Virus record (IMG/VR): IMGVR_UViG_3300021400_000027
Coordinates: 32,001-96,000 of that record
Reading direction: 5' to 3' (one strand)
Source of the DNA: a virus
Taxonomy: Duplodnaviria > Caudoviricetes
DNA: 64,000 bases
This document shows, in pieces, positions 24,591 to 34,786 of the stretch. A program made the translations under genes and the position numbers. A model generated the notes under the pieces. That model searched no databases. It was not told the DNA's origin and was given only the letters and a program-made list of their open reading frames with translations. Position 1 is the first letter of the stretch, and every line of letters begins with the position of its first letter.

Positions 24591-25643
24591 TTATATCCAT
24601 TTAGAATTTTTATATAAGTTAAGAAATGTTTCCTTACCTCGGTCAAAAGGGCTATCTTTCAGATTCAAAAGATTGTGTGTGTCGAAGATAAAACCCATTT
24701 TACATCTGGATTTATATCGTTCACAAAGACCTTTTAATTTAAGATAATATTTATCTTGCTCTTTCCAATTTTCTCCTTCTTTATCAAAGGCAATCAGAAT
24801 CTTTTCTGCGCCGGCACGGATAAGAAGGTCTAATTGATAAGCATGAAAGGTACTGCCGCAAGCGGCGACACAAACATTTCTATCTTTACCAAACATTGTA
24901 TAATATTGTAGTGCAGATTTTTCTGATTCTGCAACAATAGCAAATTTCATATTTTTAATATTTTCTTTTACTCTATCTAATCCATAAACATTATAACCTA
25001 ATGGATGAGAGTAGATTTTTCCTTCTATTGTAACCGGCATATATTTTCCTAATGCCAAATCTTCTGCATTTAAGGCTCGTCCTCTTATCCCAATTAAATC
25101 TCCATTAACATTATAATGAGGAATTATAATTTTATTTTGTCCTATTGAATAGAGTATATTATATTCCCTCATACTTTCTTCACTAATGCCATCAGAAAGC
25201 CATTCCGGCGTAGGGTGAAAAACAAAAATATTTAAAATATTTGGATTGATAATTGGAATATTTACGTCTGTAATCTGCTTTTTATATTTCTCCATATCAG
25301 ACACATATTTTGTAGGATTTAAATTAAGTTCCTCTTGGTCTCCTGCTATTCTTAAAACTATGTCTTGATAGAAAGAATAAGGAATGCCTAACAATTCATA
25401 GCGTCTTTTAAATAATTCATATATATTGAACGTGTCACCGCAACTTGTATAGCAATGGAACATATTATTTTTCTTATAGTAATAAAGTTTCATGCTAGCA
25501 TCTTCAGTATCAATATTGTGGCAAATTGTTTTGAATTGAATATGGTCTGATTTTTCAATGTAGGCATCACTACCTAATTCAGTAACCAGCTCTATAACCT
25601 TTTCTGGCGTTAAATTCTTTTGAACTGATTTTAAATCAATCAT
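24591..25643 (-). CDS. dnaG: DNA primase (Zn-binding + TOPRIM)
   Basis: ICHN..FHCYTSC Zn domain, IIIPHYN..GIRGR, AESEKS, IAFDKE; adjacent to the helicase. Confidence 0.85.
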   Translation of the reverse strand: MIDLKSVQKNLTPEKVIELVTELGSDAYIEKSDHIQFKTICHNIDTEDASMKLYYYKKNNMFHCYTSCGDTFNIYELFKRRYELLGIPYSFYQDIVLRIAGDQEELNLNPTKYVSDMEKYKKQITDVNIPIINPNILNIFVFHPTPEWLSDGISEESMREYNILYSIGQNKIIIPHYNVNGDLIGIRGRALNAEDLALGKYMPVTIEGKIYSHPLGYNVYGLDRVKENIKNMKFAIVAESEKSALQYYTMFGKDRNVCVAACGSTFHAYQLDLLIRAGAEKILIAFDKEGENWKEQDKYYLKLKGLCERYKSRCKMGFIFDTHNLLNLKDSPFDRGKETFLNLYKNSKWI

Positions 25644-27307
25644 AAGTAATCACTAAAATCCTTTCCTTTTACTTGTTCTTTTATGCTACCAAATGCCTCA
25701 TGTATGTCGGTAAGGAGGCTTGTTGGGTCTTCTTCTGATATTTCTTGTATTTCTACCATTTCCTCTATTCCCTCATTAAACTTATTTTCAAGTTCTTCTA
25801 AAGTAGAATCTTTTTCTTGAATAAAGTCTACAACTTGGAAATCTTCTATTGGCTTTAGGTCAGGCGTTGTTACAAATAAATCATATTTACGACAAGTACC
25901 GAGGTCACTTTTAGTCCAAATTCTTAATTGTGTCCATCTACCACGTCTATTCTTAAACACGTCAATAACACAATTTGGCTAAAAGTTATAAAGTTTTTGA
26001 AATCCAGAAGAAACTATTTTAAGTTCTTCTTTAGAAGGTAAACTCATAATACAAGCAAAGTCAGCTAAGTCTGCAATTGCTTTTGAACCTCTAATATTTT
26101 TAAAGTCTTTAAAACCCTCTCCTTCATCATTACTAATCTGAGTTGAAGTTAAAATAAAGACATTTAATTCTGTAGCCAAATTCTTTAATACAGTTGTAAA
26201 CATTCTTAATACTACATCTTCTCTTAATCCCAAATCTCTATATTCATTGAGCATAGCTGGAGAGGAGAATATGTAGTCATAAAAGAAATTTTCTACGCCT
26301 TGCTGTAATGCATAACGTCTAAACATGTTCTTGATTACAGAAGCTGAAGGGTCAGGCACTTGTGCGGTTAAGAGATAATCAGAATACATTTCCATTATTT
26401 GAATTGCTTTTTCAATTCTCTCTAATTCTTCTCCAGTAAAAGTGCCATAAAGAAAGTTTTCTTCATTAATTCCAGTTAAATATGCTAAAATCATTGTTTG
26501 AATTTCAGAAGTTTCTTGTTCTGTCATTACATAAAGAACTTTTTCTGGATTGCCTGTTGCAATCCATTTACCATATTTCGGTTCAAATCTAATTGGATAA
26601 GCTATATTACAAGCATCACCAACCATTGAACGAGTTTTACCAACACCAGAGCCGGCACTACGTAAGTAGAGCTTTCCTTTTCTACCACCTCTTGTAATGG
26701 TATTAAAGATACTACCTTGCAATCTTATTCCTACTTCTGGTGTTTGTTGAAGTTCAGCAATTAAATTTCTAATGCCGTCACTTGCTTTGCCCTCTTTCAC
26801 TACTGTATTGATTACATATTTACTTTCTAAATTTACCATATCAACTTTGTAGTGATTAAGAATTTGTTCTGTAGTTAGAGTTTCAAATCTTTTACCAATT
26901 TCAAAATCAATATTGAGAGGGTCATCGCAATAGAATGAACTTATATCATATCCATTTTTTTCTAAATCTCTTAATAGGTTAAATTTTTTTAATTTATTAT
27001 AATAGTAAGTAAAATTTCCAGATTCGGTGTTGGTTTCACAATCTATTAAAAACTGAATTCCATTCTCATCTTCAATAACCTTTTTCGCTATCTCGTTAGA
27101 AGATAAATAGTTATCAACATCCTGAGCGTGGATTCTTTCTGCTCCTTGTACATAAAGATTATAAATTGCAGAATAGACATAGCGGTCTAATTTTAAATCA
27201 AAATCATTTGGTTCAAGCTAATACTTATCTATATCGCTCAATAGTTCAGGTCTATTCATCAAACTACCTAAAACCTGAATTATAGTTTTTCTGTCCGCAC
27301 AAACCAT
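25640..27307 (-). CDS. dnaB: DnaB-like replicative helicase (555 aa, two TAG=Gln)
   Basis: Walker A SAGSGVGKT, FFYDYI, STQIS and KNRRG. Starts MVCADRK at 27307; TAGs at codon 30 and at 25979 are in frame with ORFs 25979-26839 and 25640-25960. Confidence 0.88.
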
Positions 27308-27309
27308 TA

Positions 27310-28053
27310 TCAATCACCAAGCGTAGATAAGTCAATTAACTTTTTATTCTTATTACGTTTCTTTTGTCCCATATAGTCAGCAGGATTAAACTTAATTTCA
27401 ATTCTATCTTTTTCAAGTTGCTGTTGAATTAAGTTAGTAATTTCTTCTGCTTTCTTTGCCTGTTTTTCATAATAAAGTCTCGCTTCTTCATAGACAAAAG
27501 GAATTATACCAATTGAACCTTTAGCTTTTCTTTTATCTCCATGCTTAACTTCATAGAAATATTTTAAAGTAAGAAGCTGTCCTCTATAAGGCATTCCCTG
27601 TTTTCTAAATTTTTGCATTTGTACAATATTCCATTTAGTAACAGGCTGGTCTTCCGATTGCTCGCCAAAAAGACGATAAATATAGAAGAATAATGCGTCT
27701 CTATCATTGTATTCATTTGATACAATTTTAAGATTTTCTTCTGATAAATGAGCCTTAACTGTTGCTGGGGTTATTCCCATATCACGGGCAACTTGACTCA
27801 TATTCGCACAAGCTAAATAACGCTCATTAATTTCCTGTTCAAGTTCTGGCGTTATTAAGACTCTTTTTTTTGTAGAAGAAGTTATTGATTCCTATGTGGG
27901 TTGCGCCGCCGGCGCAGCGTCAAAAATAGTTAAATATTTTGATACAGAAGCTACTGATATACCCAACTTTTCTGCAACCTTACTTTTAACTCCCAATTCT
28001 TTATATAAAATGGGAATCTGATTAATAACCTCATCAGGAATTTTCTTTCCCAT
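27310..28053 (-). CDS. Double helix-turn-helix DNA-binding protein (247 aa, one TAG=Gln)
   Basis: KSKVAEKLGISVASVSKY and MSQVARDMGITPATVKAH HTH motifs; TAG at 27892 in the linker; first gene after a promoter, upstream of dnaB. Confidence 0.75.
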
Positions 28054-28087
28054 TAAATCACCCTTTCATTTTTTTTATCATAATATG

Positions 28088-28116
28088 ATTATATCAAAAA
28101 ATTTTTTTAAAGTCAA
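28088..28116 (-). promoter_or_regulatory. SigmaA-type promoter
   Basis: TTGACT-N17-TATAAT with extended TG. Confidence 0.75.
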
Positions 28117-28142
28117 TAAAATAAGGCGACAAAACTGCCGCC

Positions 28143-29405
28143 TTAAATACCGCCATTTAGACTATCCAAATAAGCAGAAGCCTGTGCAGTTAAACTTCTT
28201 TCTATTGTATTCATCTTTACGGTAGCAAATATTTTAGAATAAATAGGAGATTTTCTAAGTTGTAACAATAGCTTTAATCCATTTTTATTTCTAAAAATAG
28301 CACTATCTGCTTGTTTAAAATCTCCGTCAAAGAAAATTCTTGAACCATTACCACAACGTGCAATTAACAATTTAATATGGTCTTCGGTTAGGTTTTGAGC
28401 TTCATTGACAATGATAATTGTATCTTGAAAACTTCTACCTCTAATGAATCCCATAGGAACGATTTCAAGTTGTTCAGTTTTTATCCAATCTTGTACTTGG
28501 TCAATACCAACTAAATCAATAAGTGGACCAATTTGACCTACAGTTTTTTCTAATAATTCGCCGGGGAGTGCGCCAAGTTCCATTGTATTTTCAGTAAAGG
28601 CATTATTAGGCACATAAACAATTTTCTTAATTTTTTCACTTTCAAGTTCTTGAATTGCGAAGTTATTCAGAACGAAAGATTTACCAGTACCAAATTGCCC
28701 ACCAGCATAAATAATAGAAATATCTCGATTGTGTAAAGCATGAAACAGACATTGTTGTTCAGGATTTTTAGGTGTTATCTTATTAATCCATTTATTCACA
28801 ATTGTCTTTTTATCCCACTTTTCACTTAACATTCTTAATTCTTTATTTTTATAAACAAGAATTGCAAGAACAGTATAATCAGTTTCTCCATTTTTAGTTT
28901 GATATGGAGAATTAGAATTTTTTATAATGAAGTACTGATTTTCAAATAGTGGTTTTTTGTAGAAGTCAGATGGGAAACTTTTGTTTTCGAGTATATAGTC
29001 AAGAACGGCACTATATCCATTTTCATCAGCTTCAAGGAAAATTGTTGTAGTTCCTTCATAATCATCTTTCACTCCATATCCAATTACGTCTACGCCGGCG
29101 GCTCTTGCTCTTACTTTTAAATACACGTCATTTGTAACTAAAGTGCTATCAAGAATTTCAGCAACTTTAATTAACTTATCATCAACTGGTATATTTTCTT
29201 TTTCTAATTTTCCAAAGAAATCAATATAGTCCATGTTACGTGAAATCGTAACGGCGGCGCGACGTGCTTGAAAAGCAGTTTCATTATTTGAACTTCTTTT
29301 TAATCCATCAAGTTCTTTTAAAACATCTGTGAGAATTAAAAGGTCTTTGCGTTCCTCTATAATTTGAGGATAATCAAGTAGTACGTTTGTGTCAACTATT
29401 GTCAT
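28143..29405 (-). CDS. phoH: PIN-PhoH (PhoH2/YlaK-like) ATPase
   Basis: IVDTNVLLD PIN motif, GGQFGTGKS, FIRGRSF, NEAQN, DGDFKQAD; GGAGG RBS before ATG 29405. Confidence 0.9.
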   Translation of the reverse strand: MTIVDTNVLLDYPQIIEERKDLLILTDVLKELDGLKRSSNNETAFQARRAAVTISRNMDYIDFFGKLEKENIPVDDKLIKVAEILDSTLVTNDVYLKVRARAAGVDVIGYGVKDDYEGTTTIFLEADENGYSAVLDYILENKSFPSDFYKKPLFENQYFIIKNSNSPYQTKNGETDYTVLAILVYKNKELRMLSEKWDKKTIVNKWINKITPKNPEQQCLFHALHNRDISIIYAGGQFGTGKSFVLNNFAIQELESEKIKKIVYVPNNAFTENTMELGALPGELLEKTVGQIGPLIDLVGIDQVQDWIKTEQLEIVPMGFIRGRSFQDTIIIVNEAQNLTEDHIKLLIARCGNGSRIFFDGDFKQADSAIFRNKNGLKLLLQLRKSPIYSKIFATVKMNTIERSLTAQASAYLDSLNGGI

Positions 29406-29419
29406 TTTATTCCTCCTAC

Positions 29420-29445
29420 AAAAAAGGAGAGGACAAAGCCTCTCC
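29420..29445 (-). terminator. Intrinsic terminator
   Basis: GGAGAGG-N6-CCTCTCC followed by TTTTTT on the minus strand. Confidence 0.65.
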
Positions 29446-29451
29446 ACTTCC

Positions 29452-30411
29452 TTACAGAATCTCTCTAACCTCAGAGAGGACTTGTTCAAGCTGTTCTTTT
29501 TGATTTGCCTGCATTTCAGAAAATTTTAATGGTTTTCCGAACACACGCTCAATAATTTCATTTGCTTTAGGTACTAATTCTCTTTGGATAAGCTGTCCCC
29601 AGAGCACTTTAGCTTCGTCCATTAAGTCTTCAAAGGTTCTTGTGGTATAAGGATTATCTGCATTTGAAGCTTCGCCACCAGAACTAGCAACTTCTTCATC
29701 AATTGCTTCATAAATTGCATTTACGATATTGTCGTAACTAAATTCAACTCGTGGTGCAATGTATCTAAAACGAGATTTTGCAAAGAAACGTTTATCTCCA
29801 CGGAAGAAAATGTATCTCTTACCTACACCATTTTCATCTTCAATTTCACGAATATAGCCAATAATATCGACCATTTTATTAATAATGTCATAAGGACGAT
29901 TAGGTAAAGCCGGTGCAATCTGCTGATATTCCTCTCCCTTTTCATCTTTGAAAGTTTTCTCAGTAGAGTGAGAGATGAAAACAATACCATAGCCGGCGAA
30001 AGTTAATTCTCTAAAGAGAGACTAAAACTCTTTCTTAGCTGTATCATAGCCGCCACCCCAAGGGATGTCACCTAATTTTTCAACACTAGCGTTTGAACAT
30101 ACATATTTTACGCATAAATCCCATGCAGAATCTACGGTATCAATTGCAATATTTTCAAACTTAGCTTGTAGCTCATCTTTCTTACGAATTAACTGATTAG
30201 CAGCCTATTTCCAATCATTCCAGTTTTTAATAGGTTGTACATATACATTATTTAACGCATTTGTACCCTGCTCAAATCCAAGAATAAGAGATTTAGGAAA
30301 TTGTGCTGCTAAGCTGGTTTTACCTACACCCGGCAATCCATATAACATAATATACTTACCTTTTAAGTTTCGAGAAATTTTTTGAGGCTCTAATGCCATT
30401 AAATCTACCAT
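29452..30411 (-). CDS. AAA_24 / Sak4-like P-loop ATPase (319 aa, one TAG=Gln)
   Basis: YGLPGVGKT, IAIDT, IPWGGGY, VFISH, MVDIIGY and AKSR motifs; two ORFs in the same frame joined at TAG 30205; adjacent to SSB. Confidence 0.82.
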
Positions 30412-30456
30412 TCTTATCCCTCCTTAATTTTTTAATTTAAAGCAAAAGTTCGATTA

Positions 30457-31341
30457 TTAAAAATCGAACTCTTTCTTAGTAGAAGCGGACTTTTTGGTTT
30501 TCTTTGCTCCAGCATTAGCCTTTTGCTCTTCAAGATTGGACTTGCGGTTTGCAAGAGCAACCTTAATATCATCAGCGTCATAACTGAGTGCTTCATCTAA
30601 TCCAGAAGGAGAACCACCAGTGATAACAAGTTCTCTATTAGAAATTGTTCTTTCTCTCTCAATAGGTTCGCCAAATCCCTGTTCCTCAGTAATAACGATT
30701 GTCTTATAATTCAGATTAATTCTACCTGTTGCAGTTACAGTATCACCAACAGACCAGTTCTTTTCAATAAATTCTGCGGCGGAATCGGCAGCAACCATGT
30801 TTACTACATTTGCTTTACCCTGATAACCGATAATTACAAACTGAACAATCAGACGACCTGTTTCTTCATCGTCCTTTTCTTCAGGACGCATATTTGCAAT
30901 TACGCCAGAAACTCTGAACTGTGCCTTTTCCTTATCTGTAGGTCTTGCCTTATTCAGGAAGTTTGCAGATACTTGGAATCCATTATATTCAGTACCATCA
31001 GGACCGAAATAAGTATTTTCCTCAAGAGTACCAGTAATACTTACTCTTGAAGCCTGACTTTCATCCTCGGCAGCAGCGGCGGAAGTAAATCTTTCCTTGG
31101 TCTGAAGGATACTATCATAAATTTTGTTATTAGAGCCGTCCTTTTTCTTTCTCATAGAGAAAAATCTAACCGGAATTTCACTTTCAGTTGCTACGCCAGA
31201 AATGTCTTGGTCAACTCTGATTTTGGCAGTCGCACGTACATATTCACGACCGTCAGCAGTTACACCCTCAACTACTTCTAATTCATTCAGTAAACCACAT
31301 ACATTAACTTCATTTTCACTCTGCTTTGTAATCTCTAACAT
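30457..31341 (-). CDS. Single-stranded DNA-binding protein (tandem OB folds)
   Basis: Two OB-like beta-rich halves (NEVNVCG..VSITGTL; FRVSGVI..VGDTVTATGRI) and an acidic/aromatic C-tail EFDF; GGAG RBS before ATG 31341. Confidence 0.7.
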   Translation of the reverse strand: MLEITKQSENEVNVCGLLNELEVVEGVTADGREYVRATAKIRVDQDISGVATESEIPVRFFSMRKKKDGSNNKIYDSILQTKERFTSAAAAEDESQASRVSITGTLEENTYFGPDGTEYNGFQVSANFLNKARPTDKEKAQFRVSGVIANMRPEEKDDEETGRLIVQFVIIGYQGKANVVNMVAADSAAEFIEKNWSVGDTVTATGRINLNYKTIVITEEQGFGEPIERERTISNRELVITGGSPSGLDEALSYDADDIKVALANRKSNLEEQKANAGAKKTKKSASTKKEFDF

Positions 31342-31392
31342 TAAAAAAATCACTCCTTGATAAAATTAAATAAGTTCAAATTGACGTTAAGG

Positions 31393-31417
31393 GTGGCGGA
31401 GATTAACTCCGCCATTT
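31393..31417. terminator. Stem-loop between the wHTH gene and ssb
   Basis: TGGCGGAG-ATTAA-CTCCGCCA inverted repeat. Confidence 0.55.
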
Positions 31418-31430
31418 TGATTAGACTAAA

Positions 31431-31712
31431 TTATTCCTCTACTTCTGCGTCAGGGTCAAATGCTACACCAGCGTCAGTAAGAGCAAAGTACTTAACTTCC
31501 TTTGTCTTTCCGTCTTCTGTTTCAACAGTTTCAGTAAATCTTTCTGCATAACCCTTACGAACAAGACCTGTTACAGAACCAGTTACAGAACCAGCCTTTT
31601 CAAATTTAAGTGCTTCCTGAACCTGCTTTGTAGTGAACTTAACACCTGCACCTGCTGCTTTGAGATAATCGAATACCTTACGAGAATTTTCAGTCATTTT
31701 TGCTTTTGCCAT
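31431..31712 (-). CDS. Small winged-helix DNA-binding protein (93 aa)
   Basis: MAKAKMTENSRKVFDYLK..FTTKQVQEAL..SVTGSVTGLVRKGY..YFALTDAG; has its own tandem promoters. Confidence 0.7.
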   Translation of the reverse strand: MAKAKMTENSRKVFDYLKAAGAGVKFTTKQVQEALKFEKAGSVTGSVTGLVRKGYAERFTETVETEDGKTKEVKYFALTDAGVAFDPDAEVEE

Positions 31713-31802
31713 TAAAATCAACTCCATTAATAAATATTTTATAAAATTTTTATTTAAAATAGCGTGGGGTTTCCACATTTGCTATTTTCTTTTTACTTAA
31801 AA

Positions 31803-31924
31803 AGTATAACTGATTTTTAAGAAAAAGTCAATTTTTTAATTGTCTTGTTCCTATATCAGTTAAAGACTATCTCCCTTTCCTTATCTTGTATAAATATTAT
31901 ATCTTATTTTTAAAGATAAGTCAA
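31803..31924 (-). promoter_or_regulatory. Two tandem sigmaA-type promoters
   Basis: TTGACT-N17-TATAAT (31924-31896) and TTGACT-N17-TATACT (31831-31803). Confidence 0.7.
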
Positions 31925-32310
31925 TTTTTTAAATTGCTATCCGCACTCGTAAGTTGAGTGATGAGAGGGGAGATTTCTTCTCTCACTTTCTGAAAAGATT
32001 TAATATAATTTTTTAAACGAGTGTCAACAAAGACAAACGATAAAGCAACTAAATTAACTTCGGTGAGAGACAAATTAAAGTCATTGTCTATAATCTTTCT
32101 TCTAACATTTTCGTATTTCCCTTCATCTTCAATTAATTCTTTAACGAAGTTAGCAACTTTTTCGGAGTCAAAGAGAGCTTCATTTAGCTCTCCTTTATCC
32201 GTGAGGAATTTGTTAGTAGTATTATATAAACAATCAAGGTATTTATCTAATGCGGCAATAGACTCATCTTTATGAGACTTTACCAACTCCTATTTTTCTT
32301 GTAAATTCAT
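31921..32310 (-). CDS. Hypothetical helical protein (129 aa, one TAG=Gln)
   Basis: GGAGG RBS; MNLQEK*ELVKSHKDES in frame with ORF 31921-32286. Confidence 0.7.
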
Positions 32311-34682
32311 TATTCTTCCTCCTAACTCTTAATCAAGTCAATTGCGAAATCATTCTCATTTAAGTTTATAGCTTTTACGCCGAGTGCGAATCGAGAAAGA
32401 ATTCTTAACTCTGATGTAGAAATTTTGATACTATTTCGTTTTGTTATAACAATTATATCAGAATCATTGTCCAAAGTCAAAAATTTAATTACTTTGTCAC
32501 TCTCACGAACTTCTGAAATTTTCTTACCTTTGGTCGCTCTGGAACAGAGTGGGAAGTCATTCATTGAGGCTTTCTTTATTAAGCCATTTTTTGTAAGAGT
32601 TATTAAGAAAGAATCGCTATCTTTAACTACTTTAGAATCAATTACATAGTCATCATCATTTAACTTAATACCTTTTACACCCATAGAAACTCTTCCTATC
32701 GGATTTATTGTTTCTGTATCAATTATAATGCAATTTCCGTTATTAGTCAATAATCCAATTTTCTCATTATTGAGGAACATTACATTGATGACTTCATCAT
32801 CTTCTTTAAGGTTAATAGCCTTAATAGACTTACCTCTTTTTAACTTATATTCTTCTGATTTAGTTTTCTTAACCATACCATTTTTCGTTACAAAAACAAA
32901 GTATTCTGCTTTCTGACGAGTTATTGAAGTAATGGTAGTAGCTTTTTCTCCAACTTCAAAACTGAATAATTGTGCTACATTTATCTTTGCATTAATAGGC
33001 AATTCGTCAATTGATATGCTATACATTTTACCTTTATTAGAGAAAACAAGTAAAGAACTAAAATTGTCATCACTAATAGTCTTAGTAATTACCTCATTTT
33101 CTGCTAACTTAATCTTTGAACCCCTGCCGCCACGCTTAGTTTTAACAAGAGTAGAAGATTCTACAGTATGAATATTACCTAAGTTAGTATAATAAATTAA
33201 AAGTTCTTTCTTTTCAATTGGTTCTGCATCTTCTTCTTTAGAAGAAAAATCAAGGTCTAAAAGTCTAGTACGTCTTTCATCACCAAATTTTTTGGCAACA
33301 TTCCTCATGCCGGCTTCAATTTCTTTATAAAGAAGCTCTTTACTATTGAGAATTTTCTCAAATCCAGCCTTTTCACCAATAATTCTCTCTTTTTCATCTT
33401 TTAAAGATTGAATTTCGAGATTGGCAATTCGGCTTAATGGCATTTTTAAAATTGCATCTGCTTGTTCTTCATTAAAGCCAAAACGTTCAATTAACTTATC
33501 TTTAGCTTCACTCTTACGAGTAGAGTTTTTAATCAAGCTAACAACTTCATCAATGTTGGCAATAGCAAGAAGTAAACCGTCAATAACGTTAATTCTTGCA
33601 AGAATTTTCTCAATTTCCCACTCATACATTCTCTTTTTACAAGCAATTTCGTGGTCAATATGAGCAAGTAAGGCTTTTCTCCAACCAAATACTTTAGGAA
33701 AACAGCCATTATCAAGCATTACCATATTAATAGTAAAGGTATTTTCTAAGCTTGTTTTCTTGAAAAGCTGTGAAATTATTTTATTCGGATTTACGTTTTT
33801 TTCCAGAACAACTTTAATTTTTGCTTTTTTAGTGGAGAGGTCAAGAATTTTAGCAATGCCAATAAGTTCACCAGAATTGATTAATTCAGTTAATTGTTCA
33901 AGAATAGTATCTACATAAGTTCCATAAGGAATTTCAGTAAAGTAAATACAATTTTCTTTTTCGTCAAATTCTGCTGTACTTCTTAACCTTACGCTGCCGC
34001 CTTCACCAACTTTTAAAAGTTCCTTAACTGCACTTGCATTAAGAATTGTGCCGCCGGTGCAGAAATCTGGAGGACAGTAAATTTCGTCATAATCAATTTC
34101 TCTATTCCAAAGAAGTTTAATCATGGCTTCATTTACTTCTTTTAAGTTAAACTGAGGAATTGAACTCGCAAGACCAGTTGCGATACCAGTAGTTCCATTT
34201 ACAATATTGTAAAAGCCAAATGACGGTACAACATCAGGGAACTTTTCAGTATCATCATAGTTATTTGTCCAACTATCAATAGTATTTTTCTTAATACCAT
34301 TAAAAAGAGTACAACCAAGTTCACCTAATCTCATTTCAGTATAACGTGCTGCTGCCGCCTTACCATTTGTAGCAGTACCACACTGACCATCAAAGTCTTC
34401 AAGCATATATCTGGTATTGAATGGTTGTGCCATTCTTACCATTACATCATAACAAGCACCATCACCATGAACATAGAAGTGGTCCATAGCAGAAGCAACA
34501 GATTTATGAGATTTCTTGAAAGGCTTTTCATAGGTAATTTTATCTAATAATTGAGCATACATACACATACGCAAAGCAGGTTTTAAACCATCACGAGCAT
34601 CAATAATGGCTCTATCCATAATTGTCATGCCGGCGTAGGTTTTAAAACTCTCATTTACGCAATCTAATAAATTTATTTCCAT
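32310..34682 (-). CDS. gyrA: Type IIA topoisomerase subunit A (GyrA/ParC-like, with beta-pinwheel CTD)
   Basis: DGLKP, YVHGD, AAARYTE (catalytic Tyr), GIATGLASSIPQFN, CTD repeats and a GyrA-box-like KRGGRG. Code-11 stop is TAG 32322; read-through adds QEEE and gives TAATG coupling at 32310. Confidence 0.92.
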
Positions 34683-34711
34683 TATTCTCTCACTCCTTTC
34701 ATTGTAATACT

Positions 34712-34740
34712 ATTATATCATTTCTTTAAAAAATTTTCAA
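34712..34740 (-). promoter_or_regulatory. SigmaA-type promoter for gyrA
   Basis: TTGAAA-N17-TATAAT with extended TG. Confidence 0.6.
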
Positions 34741-34786
34741 ATATTTATGCCGACTTGCTATAATTTTATGCAAGCCGGCGCAACAA

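Noticed and set aside
29405-29489. Extended phoH start given in the ORF track
   Set aside because: It overlaps the upstream gene and a terminator; a GGAGG RBS and the PIN motif support ATG 29405
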